In this document: one piece after another, positions 14,062 through 27,900 of the stretch | Numbering within the stretch: the first letter of the stretch is position 1 | How the letters are laid out: every line of letters starts with the position of its first letter | Source of the DNA: the human T2T-CHM13v2.0 reference genome, Homo sapiens | NCBI RefSeq assembly: GCF_009914755.1 | Contig: NC_060926.1 | Reading direction: 5' to 3' (one strand) | Length of the DNA stretch: 64,000 nucleotides | Notes under the pieces: model-generated | Told to the model about the DNA's origin: nothing | What the model saw: the letters and a program-made list of their open reading frames with translations, nothing else | Databases searched by the model: none | Made by a program: the position numbers and the translations under genes

Positions 14062-16111
14062 AAGCATAAGTAATTTAAATGTATAGAGAAATGTTAATGG
14101 GTATTGCGTGAAATTAAAAAGAATAAAGTAAGGAGAAAAGAGACACAGTGCTGAGGAGAGAGGGGTTACAACCTTCTGTGGCAGTCAGTGAATACCTCGC
14201 AGAGGTGTCTGAGCAAAGATCTGCTGGAGTTGCAGCCTGCGCCAAGCAGGTTCAAAATATGTTTGTTTTGTTGTTACAGACAGGTGGATGGTGCATGTGG
14301 GAAAAAGCTCATTCCACGTGAACATGATGGCGAGCAAGTGATCTTGATGTAAGTAGAGGGTCAGTTTGGCTCAGGTCAGCATTGGTCACTGAGCTCACCT
14401 GCCCTCATGACTCCTGGCTGAGGTAGGATGAGAGGCTACAAGCAAAATCTGGCTGAATGGCTTGTCTGCAAAATGTCAGAATATCTGCAAAAATCATCAC
14501 CGTGGGAGATGCAGGCACAGTGGAGCGCTGGGGGATTGGGAGCCTGTAGGAGACCAGCCTTGGTGACTCCCAGGAGTCATTCAAAATGACATTTCCTTTG
14601 GAGCCTAGAGATTCCTGGAAGGCTGGGGGAGCGGCTGGGGCCTCCTTTCCCCCAGTCCTGGTCCTGTGTCCCAGAGAACCCGGGCTGTGAAAACTGAGAG
14701 TGAGACTACACTTTTAAAGGGGATTCTAAGACTCATATCACCCAGGTATGGCCAGTTTACAACTATGTAGATTATTCTGAAATTTAAAGTATTAAAATGT
14801 GTGACACTGAGAAGAATCTGGAATTCAGGATTTTGACTCTTCTCATTCAATGTATTGCCAATTATTTTTTTTGAAGACACCTCTTGAGCTGGGATAATGC
14901 CACCGTCCAGTGAGACTGGGTATTTATAGAGAATGCTCAGTAAATCATTAAACAGCTGTCGAAATCAATCATTAACCTTACTCTATTGAAAATCATAATT
15001 ACTTATAGTAAATGAACAGAAATTTTGGTTGCAAACCTTTTTCCTTTATTGCATTAAATTGTAAAGACTGCCCGGCAGCTTTATTTAATCACTAAACATT
15101 AGCTCCAAACCAACTTTTGCTTTCACCATCTCAGTTCATGACACCAACACCCATCTAACCCATCAAATGAGAAATGCAACAGGGCTTCTCAAATCCTGTC
15201 TCCTTCATATGCTCCCAATCAGCACCAATGTTTTAAATTAAAATCTCCGCCTTTTTTTCCCCGTCTCTGTTGACAGGTTCATAAGTTTACCATATCTTGC
15301 TTCAACTTTTTCAGTGTCAACTTTCCCCCAAACCTTGTGTCTTAAAAGCCGTCTTGTCATTACCCCGAGTCCATCCATTCACCTCTGTGAGGGTATCAGG
15401 TATAAATCTCATGTATCTGCCTGAAACCTCCGTGCCTCCAGGTTGTCCTCAGGAAGCACTGGTTACCAGCCCCTCCCAACCTCACCAGCCTGGTTGCCCA
15501 CGCTCCTTGCCTTTTATTTTGTGCCCTAGTTTCTGAAAACCTTACAGCTCCTCTTTCACTTTTCCTGGAGGAAAGGCAGACATGGCCTAGCTCACTCCTC
15601 CATATTTTTGGAGACTCTGGGGCTGCTGCTGCCCTAGGAAGCATTTCTGGACTCTCTGCTAGGAGCAGCTGCACACAGCCTCTTCTGAGGAGACGTGCAG
15701 TGTCCACATTACCTTCCAGTTTTCACCTCCCCAACTAGACTGTCAAGTCTTCAAGGGCAGAGACTATATTTTATTCACCTCCAAGCTTAGCATCTGGCAA
15801 ATAAGAGGTGCCCATTGACTATTTGAGTCATAGGTCTGAACTATTGAAAAAACAGCAGAGCTACTTCCTTACCACAGGTGCATCCCAGGGGGAATCCTCT
15901 CTGTGTCTCAGCACTTTGCAGACACTGCTATTTCGGTGCAATCACTTATGCCTGAGGTGCATGGGTTTGTGCTATGTCTCCCTGGCTAAAACATGTCTTC
16001 ACCTCATTGGCAACAAACAGAAAGCTGGGAGAAGGTCTGTGTTTGTTGAATGAATAAATACGTGAAGGAATGAAATGATTCCACATCTTACATTGCTTCT
16101 CCTTCCTACTT

Positions 16112-16201
16112 TGGCTTTCCCATTTTAAAGTTGCTTTTTACTGATTAATGAACTAGTGGCTTTCCCATTTTGAAGTTGCTTTTTACTGATAAGTGAACTA
16201 G
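16112..16201. repeat. 45-bp direct tandem duplication (2 copies, 3 mismatches)
   Basis: tggctttcccattttaaagttgctttttactgattaatgaactag followed by tggctttcccattttgaagttgctttttactgataagtgaactag. Confidence 0.95.
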
Positions 16202-17261
16202 CTTAATATTGTATTAATATTATTGGATTATATGAATACTGTGTAGTGATTTTATCAGTATAACTATGCTCATAAAGGACATGTTTTTTTCTTAAACAAG
16301 TTTAAGTGCATTTTAAATATATATTTAGTATATTTATGTTATAACTGTGAAATAAATATATTTCAAAGTTTATGTTTTACAACTGCGAAATAAAATATGA
16401 GCAGATTTTATTCTTCTTCAATGAACTAGGACAACAGCTGAGCTCAGGAGCTAGGGCGTCTGGGCTTTATTCTCTCCTGCAGCGCTAGCTAGTTCTGTGG
16501 CAAGCCAGCTGACCTCATCAGGCCTCAGTTTGTTCATCTGTCAAATGAGGGATTAAGCTATAGTTTTAAGATTGTTTTCCACCCTGAAATGCTTTTCTTT
16601 TTTTTTGGTTGCAATTTTAACTTGATTTTAGTTTCCTTGAAAGTTGTAGATGATCCTTATGCCACATGGGAATGCCTTCAGACCCACCCGTACTAGGACA
16701 CATCATGGGGAGCTTTTACTCAATGCCAAAAACATCTTAATTACCTGCTGTTTTTAAAATGTTCTTCCCAGTGGAAACGTATTGGCAGGGTGCTGCTGGA
16801 GGTAAGAAGCCAAAGAGTTGGATGAACAGATAATGTTTCTAAAACCCCGCATCTGAGATGCTACTATTTTCTGTTGGTTCATGCATCTTTATTTCCCAAA
16901 CCTGTTTCCCTAATTAAACAAAGAAGCTTTTTGGCAAATACAATGAAGAAATGAAAACTAATCGGCGTAAAGTAGTGTAGGGAGCACTCCTCCAAACACG
17001 GAGTCCAGCTTTGCAAGACAGATGCCACCACAGCTGGAGTGAGTTCTAGGTATGTCAATTAGAGTGAGGCCGTTCTGCAGACCGATAGGCATTTATATTT
17101 TTAGCAAACAAGGGTTTAATTGACTTCATTGCTTTCTTTGGAAAGACCAGTGAATGACAGAAAGGGAGAATCTTATGTCAAAGTCTGACATAAGGTGGAA
17201 GACATTTCATCATGTTTTTGTATGCCCAAAGCTATCCTTGACTATTGAAGTCATGTTTGTC

Positions 17262-17558
17262 TTTTTTTTTTTTTTTTTTTGACAAGGTCTAACTGTGTTA
17301 CCCAGGCTGGAGTGCAGTGGCAAGATCATGGCTGACTGCAGCTTCAACCTCTCGGGCACAAATGGTCCTCTTTCCTCAGCCTCCCGTGTAGCTGGCACTA
17401 CAGGCATGCGCCACAAAGCCTGGCTAGTTTTTTGTATACATTGTAGAGACAGGGTCTTACCATGTTGCCCAGGCTGGTCTCAAACTCCTGAGCTCAAGAG
17501 GCCCTCCTGCCCCTGCCTTCTAATGTGTGATATTACAGAAGTGAGCCACCGTGCCCAG
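17262..17558 (-). mobile_element. AluJ
   Basis: Diverged Alu with J features (gcagcttcaacctc, ctcctgagctcaag, ttgcccaggctggtctcaaa). Confidence 0.9.
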
Positions 17559-17589
17559 AGTCATCTTTCTTTTATAAGTAAAATAATGA

Positions 17590-17996
<407 letters not shown>

Positions 17997-19575
17997 TCGT
18001 TTAGTCTTTCTTAAGCCTCATCTTCCTTCAGAAACCACAGGGATTCCCATTCTTCCCCCTCTGCTGCCCGCACTACCTGCTCTATCATGAGGTCCACACT
18101 GAGTCAACGTTCGAGTCTCCTTACAGAGTGACCATGTTCCACGTATTCTACTCTGTGACCCAGTGGGAGCCTGCGGGGCTCTGCAGAGCTGAGCACACAG
18201 GTTTTGGAGCTAGCGTGTCTCCTAGACATGCTGACTTGAGGCCTCGGACACCTCACATTACCCCAGTCAGCATGGTAGCTAAAGAGCTCATTAAGAGACC
18301 CATTTCTCCCCAAACTTCGAGAATGGCTAAGCATTGAGGATTGCAAAGAATTCGATTTTCCTCTTTATATTTTTGTGGGTGGCAGGAAAAAGAAAACCAA
18401 CTAAGTTGGAGTGAGGAAGTTTGACAGCTTTCGGCGGTCATCCCTAGGTGGGCCCTGAGCCTCTGGGCCTCTGGGCTCTGCCGCATATGTGTGAGCTACA
18501 CACTTTCTTTCCAAGCAGGTTCATGAGGGTTTGGAATCGAGCAAGCTCACTCCAGATGCAGTTGGTCTATCCCATATCTGGGGTGCTGTATATTCCTGTG
18601 TTTAAACAATAGATTTAGATTTAAACCTAGATGCTATCATCATGATTGGGAAGAGGACAAAACAGAACTTGAGTACCTTCATTTCTGTCATTCAGTGAGA
18701 GCACTGAGAGTTCCTATTTGTGTCTAAAATTTCAAAGAGTAAGATGGGGTCCAAACTGGAAAGTGTCATATTTCTGTTTGGTAAATGCGGATTATTGTTT
18801 ATAACACAAAATCATTCACTAAATTTGTGTATGTTTAAAATTAAAATTGATTCTTCTATTTAAATCATTGTTTTAAAATAAGAATGACTAAAAAAATGAT
18901 TATTACTGACTTTTACATGATAGATACTGAAAACAGCGTTGTAATATTGAGTGGAGGGTGTTAAATGGCCCTTCCTGGGTGTTGAGTAGGCTGGGTTACC
19001 CATGCCAAGTTTACCGCTTCCTGCTCGGGGGGAGGAAAGAGTCACAGCGGCTTTCTTCCTAACAATCTGGAAATTATAGATTAATCCGTGAAGTGTCTGT
19101 AGATATGGACTTACTAGAGAATCTTCTTGCAAGATTCAATAAGTTTTCTCCACTGCCCAGTTTGCTTTGGACTAAACGCTTGTGCTTTTTCCTTGACCTG
19201 GTTGAAAGCTCTTCTTTCCCCTCCTGATTCTGCCATTCTTCAAGAGGCAGAACAGCGAAGAAGAAAAAATGGTGAAGGAGAAAGAGAAGGATGTTTGAAT
19301 CTGTGTAGAACTGGGTTTTATTTCCAGCTGAGTGCCATTGCGCTGAATTCTCTTTAAGCCTGTTTCCCCAGTTATAAAACAAAGCTAGAGAGCTGCCTCT
19401 TAGGATTTTCATATGGAATAGGGCTATTACAGTACAGCGGCTAGCACATGATAAATGGTACAAAGTACTAACTTCTTTGGGTAATCGCCTTTGTCCTTGA
19501 TCCCTTTGAGCTATTGGAAGTGCCTGAAACCAGTTCTTGATGCTATCTTCTTTAGGTATATAAAATATCAATAGC

Positions 19576-19577
19576 TT

Positions 19578-19611
<34 letters not shown>

Positions 19612-19660
19612 TTCTGTCTGTCTCACTTTCAGTACACACACACACACATACATACATATC
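19576..19660. repeat. (TC)n/(CA)n compound microsatellite
   Basis: Visible dinucleotide runs. Confidence 0.9.
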
Positions 19661-20759
19661 TATTTATTTTTATGTCTACAGATACACAAACATGTTTGCA
19701 TGTTGAATATTTGCACTTGCTCCTGTGAATACACACATACACATATGAAATATATGATTATGTGTAGTTGCATGGTCTAATCTTATACTTTTCAAAAATC
19801 AGGCCAAACTCCTTTTAGGTAAACATGGCAATACAGGGGCTTCATTTATAAAATAGATCAAGATAAATTATTAGTCCACAAACCCAGAGTGAAAACATAG
19901 ACTCCGACTCTGTTTTTGTTTTCTTTTCAACACATGGTTTTTATCGGGAGATTCTTTCTTGCCAGAGATTCTTATTTTAAACTTGGCTTTTCACAAGGCC
20001 AAGCAATTTAAACATTTGGGCAATCGTATCAATGCATATTTTCCACCTTGTAATAAAAGAATAGTTCAGTTGAAAACTTTATTAATTCCAAATTTAGCAC
20101 AGAGTCTGCTAGTGGGGTGTTTAGCCAGCAGTGGTCTTTGCTCTCTGGCGTCTGGCGGGAGAGGAGATGGTGGGAACAGCCTCCTTTGCTTTCCCATGTG
20201 GAAAACAGGTAATGATTTTTAAGACATGCCTTGTCAAGAGGGGATGAGATGTAAGACAGAACACCCGTCATCTGAAAAGCAAAAAGGACTTTTGTTTGAT
20301 TCCTTTATTGCACGTGAAGAAGGCCATTTATTTCCCATGTACACTATTGTAAACTGGTGTAGGATGATCCTACATTCCCCATACCAAGATTTAGACAGTG
20401 TTTATCTCTGGATGCAGATGTTACGGTGATTTTTCTTATTTTTATAACCTTTTTTTTTAAAGTTAATGTTTAGCTCTAAGCCAGTTTTGTTTGGGCAAAC
20501 GGAAACAAAGACATCAAAAACCTGTTTTAAGAAAGAAAGTTTTGGTGTGGGCAGATCTTGAATTCTAAATTCAGAGTATGTCTTTCAATCATTTGTAAAC
20601 TGCTGGAGTGATGAAGTAAGTGATTACTCAAGCCCTTTCAGGCTCTATGATTTTTTAAATTTAAAAATGAAAAGAAAAGTGAACATCATTGAGTACATGG
20701 TATATGTCTGGTTCTGAGCTATGTATCGTCATTTGTGTTTTTTTTTTCAATTAACATAT

Positions 20760-21540
20760 TGTATTAGGGTTTTCTAGAGAAACAAAACCAATATGATAGA
20801 TGGATGGATAGATGGATAGACAGATAGATAGGCAGACAGAGAGAGAGAGAGACAGATAGGTAGATAGATAGATGGTAGATAGATAGATAGAGATAAATAG
20901 ATAGAGATAGACAGGTAGTTAGATGATAGATAGGCAAACAGAGAGATAGACAGATAAAGAGGTAGATAGACGGAAGATATATAGATAGATAGGCAGACAG
21001 AGAGAGAGATAGGCAGATAGGTAGATAGATAGACTGAGAGACGATAGAGATAGATAGATGGATATAGATGGATAGATAGAAGGGGATATTTTAGGGGAAG
21101 TGGCTCACATAGAGGATGAGAAGTCCCACTATATGACATCTATAGGCTGGAGAAGCAGGGGAGCTGATAGCTTTGCTTTGTCCAAGTTTGAAGACCTCAG
21201 AACCTGGGTAGAGGGGGTGCTCTAGTGCAAGTCCCAGAGTCCAAAGGCAGGAGAACCTGGATGTCTGATGTCCAAGGGCAGGAGAAAAAGAGTATCCCAG
21301 CTCCGGGGGAAAGAGAGAGAGCATTTGCCTTTCTTCTGCTTTTTGTCCTATCAGGGCCCTCCGCTGTTTGGATGGTGCCCACCAACACTGGGTAAGAGTG
21401 GGTCTTCCTTACTCAGCTCACTGATTAAAATGCCAGTCTCTTCTAGAAACTCCCTTACAGACACATCCAGGAATAATGCTTTACCAGCTATCAGGTATTC
21501 CTCAGTGCAGTCCAGTTGATACCTAGAATTAACCATCACA
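20760..21540 (-). mobile_element. MLT2B-type (ERVL) solo LTR inserted into a MIR
   Basis: Begins tgtattagggttttctagagaaac and ends aattaaccatcaca (MLT2 termini, antisense). 5-bp TSD CATAT/CATAC. MIR-like sequence on both flanks. Confidence 0.9.
20795..21079. repeat. Degenerate (GATA/GACA/GGAT)n purine-rich simple repeat inside the MLT2 LTR
   Basis: About 285 bp of tagata/gacag/gatgg tetramers. Confidence 0.93.
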
Positions 21541-24299
21541 CATACGTTATCTCAATTCATTCTCACAATGGTCTGGCAAAGGGGTTATAATTATTCCTGT
21601 TATATGGGTCAGAAGTCAATGCCCACGTTATGGGCATAAGGGCACAAAAGATGGAACCAGGTCTGTCTGGGTCCATATCCCATACTTTTTTCACTATTGT
21701 CTTCAATGATTCCTTACACTTGGTGTGAAACATTTTGCAGGAAAGGATAAAGGTTACCCTATAAATTAACAAATAAAGTTGGGAAACTATGATTATGCTT
21801 TTCCTGTTGTCACTAACTCATCATTCCATTTGGCTTCTCAGCTTAATACAGACTTGTTAGGAATGCCCCTGGTTGCTGAGCCTTCGTTTGGGGTTCAAAG
21901 GGAAATTTCAGTTTGTTGAGTAATCTATTTCTTCCTTTTCTATCCAAACCACTAAATAAACTTGCTCCATTTTTGTCCTTTTAGGAAAAGTAATTGAGAA
22001 GAATCCAAGAAAAATGAACTTACAGTTGGCTCACTCACAGCTTAGCTTTCTTTTTGTTTTCCCTCCCATGAACGGCTCACAGCCCACTTATCCCAAAGGG
22101 ATGTTGCATTCCACCAGATTTGCTCAGTGCTGACCTGAGCCCACAGCCACCCAGGGGAGAAGACACATTTACTTTGACTGCAGCCACACAAATTTGTGTG
22201 TCCATAGAAACCTGGGTTTTTTGTTTTTCTTCTTATGGCTTAGATCTGTGGTTTATTGTTAACCAGTTTCCTTTCTCTCCCTTTCTTCAAGGTAGATTTA
22301 TTAGCACAAATATGTCATGCAAATGATGATTTATGAGGGCCCCACAGTCCCTGAGAAAACATATTGATTTAGGGGAACTCGCAATGCTTGCTACAAAGGC
22401 CTGTTTTGGGAGACTTGGATGCTTAAAGTTAAGATGAATTCATCAACTGACAAAAATTGTCTTTTCTTCCTGAGACTTTCTGCTGCTACATTACTTTGCA
22501 TGAGTTATACTTATTTCATCACTGCTATTAACATTCTGGTTTCTGCCATTCCTGAACAGCTCAAAGCATTATGTCATTACCCTTGCATAGCCTCTGGTAT
22601 GAGCTAATCAATAGAGAGATGTTTGTAACTAAGAGCGATGAAGAAATGTTGAGGAGGTGCATGAGGTTATCTCCTACCTTCTGATTCTGCTCTGATTCCC
22701 AGGAGAAATGATTTTTATCCCATCCACCCTGACATGACTAACCTACAGTCCTGGCCACGCATACTCACAATAGAACAGAGGGACAGGGAACAGCTTTCTC
22801 AGGTACCCTTTCCTCTTGTGATGGTGACAGTTATTTCTTCACCTCCATGAAATCTATGCAAAAGCATTTAGTGACCGGAAGACAGTGAGGGGGAACCACC
22901 AATGCCTCCATCAAGGAGGGCCAGAGTGAGAGCATCATGCAGGAAGTAAAGAGAATCATGCAATTATATTTAATTGCAAAAGACGTGCAGGCCATGTGTT
23001 TCAGAACATCAATAAAGGAGCTTGGTTTTGTTTTCTGGGCTTGCCAAAGTGAGTAGGGATGGGAATGTGATCAGTGGCATTGATCACTCTTTTCATTCTC
23101 ATAATTTTAGTCCCCGTCTTTCTGATCATTTTACTTTCAAAGTGGGAAACATGGGGTTATGTGACCCCCTGGGCCCAAATCCGCCATCATATTGACAATC
23201 TCCATTAATATTTGAGATTCTCACCCCTTTCCCTACATTGCAATGGCTCACCTGGAGTCACACGACAATTGGTGGCAAAGATAATTGCAATCCCAACATT
23301 TTTCCTTCTCTGTCTCACTTCTTATGGCCCAACCCCTCACTGTAAATCTTATCTACTTGGAAAAACAGGCAGCTATGGGCAGGGTACACTTGGTAAAAAC
23401 TGGAATGAGGTTTTGGGGCAACAGGAACATTTTTGTGGTTTTTAAAGTTCTGATGCTACTTAAAAGATTTTGGTTTCTAAGTTTCAGGCTTGGATATTAA
23501 CATCATCCTTTTGTCTTTTCAGTGGCTTCCTGTTTACTGATAAAAATCTAAAAATGCATTTACTCAAATTTTAAAGTAATAGAAAGGTTACTAAAGAAAA
23601 TTGTTAAAAATGCACTATGAATAAACAGTAAATTAATCTCACTACCCATGAAGAACCAATGTTAACAATTTGTGTCCTGTTTTCTTATACGTTTGTTTTC
23701 TCTCATCACATGTAGATGTAAAGTCACTCTTTGCATGTTGCTACTACTGCTTTCGGGATCTCACACACCACTACGGCTTCTCCTTGCTTCTTGACTTCTG
23801 GTGTAGTCTCTGAGTGAACATCGGGAAAAAAAAGGATGTTATTGATGGCATGCATGGGTGTTCTTGGCTCTGTGTTTGGACACTTTAAAAACAGTGTAAA
23901 TATTCAATTGAGAAATGGCTGAAAAATGTTTTCCCTGATTTAAGTGTCTGACCTGGAAAGCAAAATCTGGAGGATATTTTTTCTTATGTTTTTTTCAGAT
24001 GGGTAGGGTTGATTTATTTCATGAGACAAGGGTAACACATCTCTTTTTCCCCTCCTCTTTCTAATTCTATTGGTCTTGTAGTTGGAAGAAAGTTCATCCT
24101 TATTATAGGTATCTTTGCAGAATGTTTAGTTTAGTTTTGTGTTTTTAAACTAGTCGTTTTACTTCCTCTTTTCCCTTGTGGTTTTGTATGGAGATTGAAA
24201 ATAAATTTGGTAGGAGCTTTTCTAAAAGCTCCTAGCCAAATCCCACATGACTTCTAAATTCAAGACTAGACTTGCCCTTCCTTCTTCCTAAAATATTTC

Positions 24300-24900
24300 T
24301 GCGACTCAAATTTGCCAAGCACTGTGCCGGTGCAAGGGATGCTATGATGAGAAAAATGCATTTCCTGTCCTTCAAGAGCTCACGAGCCATCCAGCAGAGC
24401 AGGTCCTTAATAAACTGGGCAGGAAAGCATATGAAATGCTTCAGGCTGCCTTGGGGAGGTACAACAGGGGAAGATTCATGCTGGGGAAGACAGAGTGGGA
24501 AGTTGAATTTGTCAGGTTGGCACGGGGACACGGGAGGGAGGCCCTTCCACACACAGAGAGTCTGAGAGGTTGGGGGGTCACTGTTAAGTGAACAAGTGGG
24601 GCTCAAGTGAGTGAGGTTATTGGTGGTCCTGGGATGGCAAAAATATAAGTATTTAAATGTTGTTGAAGTAAAAATGTGTGAGATGAAGGTGTAGAATGCC
24701 TGTGGATGGGAACCTTCAAATACTGCAATGAAAATCATGAAGAAGAGAAGGAATGCCAATGTGAGGCTACAGAAAAGCCAGGGGAAGGAGTTCTGGAAGA
24801 ATAAAACAGCTGGTGGCGTCAGTAAGGGCAGAGGCCACTGAGCCAAGGGTCTTGGTGGCACTGGTGAGCTAAGGTGAGAAGCCCTGGATGTAGAAGGGGC
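24300..24900 (-). mobile_element. L2 fragment (degenerate)
   Basis: gccaagcactgtgccggtgc...cctgtccttcaagagctcac followed by purine-rich antisense L2-like sequence. Confidence 0.5.
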
Positions 24901-27900
24901 AGTGAAGAGGGAGGAGAGAGGGAGAGGGAATTGCTCCTCTGTGAGTGGGAGGATTTTTGGCAACCAGGGCCTGGGGGACATGGGGAAGTCAAGGAGGGAG
25001 GCGTGTGGGGGTCAAGAGACCCTGCAGTGGGCACAGATCCGGACAGATCCCAGCATGCATCCCTCCCTCCGACAGGGCCTTCATGCAGCTCTGTTTGTTT
25101 ATCTTGGGAATAGCAATGCCTGTTCTCTTAGAAAAGCCTCTCCTAGAATTTGTTTTATAACTCAATTTAACAAATAACCATTTAGGTGGAAAATGTGCAA
25201 AAAAAGAGAAAGTTTTGCAAGAAACTTTATTCTTTAGAAAACATGTGAGTGAATATGACTGAGTCAGTAACTGTGATAATGAAAAGAAAAAAGTTCTGTT
25301 TGTCTTTCCCTATTTCACGTCAGCTTCACTTGGACCAATGTGTTCTCCACATCTTCCCAGAGAAGGAAATGTAGGCATCTACTCTCAACCAGGAAGTCAG
25401 AAGGGGACTGGAGATCACTGGAGGTCACAAGCTCTCCCCACAGTTGTACGCACCTGAGCTACTCTGACCTATACCCTTAAGGCCAGAGAACTGCAATACT
25501 ATTTCCAGAATAATTAAACAAATAAACCAATAACTGTCATAATGATGACAATAGGAAAAAGTACATTCATGCAAATTCTCACTTTTTGTGACCATAGCTT
25601 TGCAGATAAGTAATGCCTTGTGCAATTATTTCAAATAATTGTAGAATCTGGATCTTATCTCTACTTTTATGAATCTCTTCTGCAGCACCCTTGATAAAAA
25701 GTTATCTTTTGCCTCCTTTCATGGTCTCTGTAAACAGGAATTTTGTTACTTCTTAAAATCAATGCTATCAATTATTGGATACATCTTTTGACAGTCTTTA
25801 TATCAAGCTAACATATCCCTCCCTTTGTCTAATTATTGACCCTTGATCTAATTTCTACACCCTGGGACGACCCCAAACACATTTAAGTTCCATTTTGCAT
25901 GGTGGTACCACTTCAACTACTATCTGTTAAAATTATGATACAACAATAACCCCTTTTTGCTATTACTGATATATTTCACATAAATCCAATATAGTATTTT
26001 CTATGCATACATTTTTTCTCAAACCATTTTTAAGGAAGGATGAGTTCAGGCTCCATCTTTTAGGATAATTCCATCACTGGGAATATTTTCTCTTGCACAA
26101 TACTTTCCCTACAAAAGACAGAGTGCATTGCAAGGAGCTTGTTGTGTGTTTCAAACAACCTTTATTTTAATTTGTTTTGTTTCACCTAGGAGTGGTGTAG
26201 TGTAAGTCAAGGCCCCAGACTTTGGATGCCACAGCTGTGCTCAGGTTTGTTGTTGTCACTTGTAGCCTGGAGTGTACTGGACGAGGCACCACTGCCATCA
26301 ATTAGTCAGGGACTTGGTCCCCATGAAACTTTGGAACTCCACAAGGGCATGGGATGCTAGCACTTATAGAGTGCTTGAAACGTAGCCGGCAGTATGTAAG
26401 TCTAACTATAAGCTAATGCAATTCTAGAAATAGCCCTATGATGGCTATTCTTAGCTTCATTTTATGTTTTAGGAAAACTAAGGCTAGAGATGCAATGTCT
26501 TTGGAGAACTGAGATCCAATCCCAGATTTTTCTGAATCCAATTCCCATGACTCTCCCACAATATCTCCTTCTTCATTGAGCAGCTGGTGAGCTGGACACT
26601 GGTGCAGGACAGCCTGGAGGGGAAGAGGATGACATAAACAATGAAACTAGAATTAACAGGTAGCAAGTCCATTCTTCAGGAGACAAGAGCACACAGTGTG
26701 GGCTTAGTAACGTCTGTCTGTAATACTGTATACATATACTCATCTGAAGATTAAAGATTACTATTTATGTCCTAATTTGACAGTAGGACAAGCCATTTAT
26801 TTTGCCCTACAATCTAAGAAAATATCCCTTTCCAAATGAAATGACAGTTGGAGAAGCACATTGAAATGCTAAAATGCTATGCAACTGTAAAACGATTCAT
26901 TTTAACGTTTTCAGTATTGATTATTTCCAAGGGATGCCAATAGTTCTCAACATGTAGGAATTTGTCATTTTACTTTTCTAAGAACATAGTTGGTGCTTAA
27001 TAAATGTTTCTTCATTTAATTAATATTGGATATTTCTGATACATAAATTTGGATCTTGCTCAAAAAGTCTAGTTCCAGAAAAAACAGTCACTTAGTAGTT
27101 GAGTGAGGCTGTCTGCCCGCTGAGCATCTGCACTTGAACGTGCCCAGGAAAATGCTGGTGAAGGGATCCAAACAGTGGAAGAAACTTGAGTACTTGTCTT
27201 GATAACAGAAATAAAGGGACAGTGGAAAGGGGATCTGAGCAATGACAGTTCTTCATTTTAAAAATAGAATGTTTAGATATATTAAGTGTGGAATGTCCAC
27301 GTAGACGATTCTACCAGGCCTATACCCTAAATGAGCTCACCATATGTGCTCCGTGAAACAAGAATAAGCCATTTTTGAAATTCTTTTTTTGAAATTCTTA
27401 CATATTCCAATCAGTATAAAAATTGCTTATCTGTGGGAGATAAATCTGTAGTGAACGTTGGGAACATGATTAGCTCATGGAGAGAGAAAATTCCTTTGCA
27501 CGTGTCACTGTAGACAGAAATAAGATTCAGGAAAAAGCTGGGATCTGGGATGCAACCTGGGCAGAAACAAGCACAGCCCCTGAGCTGCTGCGTACCTTGA
27601 CACAGGTTGGGTGGATAATCATAAGAATTTTGTCTTCAAGAGTGTGAAGTTAGGAGAGGTGGCGCAAGCTGCTGCCATTGCCATAAACAGATTTTCTGCC
27701 CATTGAGCTGCTGGTTGAGGAGATTGAGGCTGAGGTGGAGCATGTGATCAGCTCTTTATTGGGAGAAGACTCTTCTGAAACCCCACATGCAGGGTGGCGA
27801 TGTGAGAACCAGAGATGTCGGTGGGCTAAGTAGACACATGCCTCTACCTTATAGTGATGGGTAAGTCCAGGGCCCCTGAGCAGCATGGCAGCACGAATGA

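Noticed and set aside
20774-21139. 121-aa S/I/Y/L-rich ORF
   Set aside because: Translation of the (TATC)n simple repeat.
24232-24981. 249-aa ORF, the longest in the window
   Set aside because: Low-complexity L/P/S/F composition from a pyrimidine-rich strand overlapping L2-like sequence, with no recognisable domain.
27372-27399. 14-bp tandem duplication (also a 12-bp one at ~40307-40330) and an AT palindrome at ~45678-45693
   Set aside because: Ordinary slippage products in AT-rich DNA.
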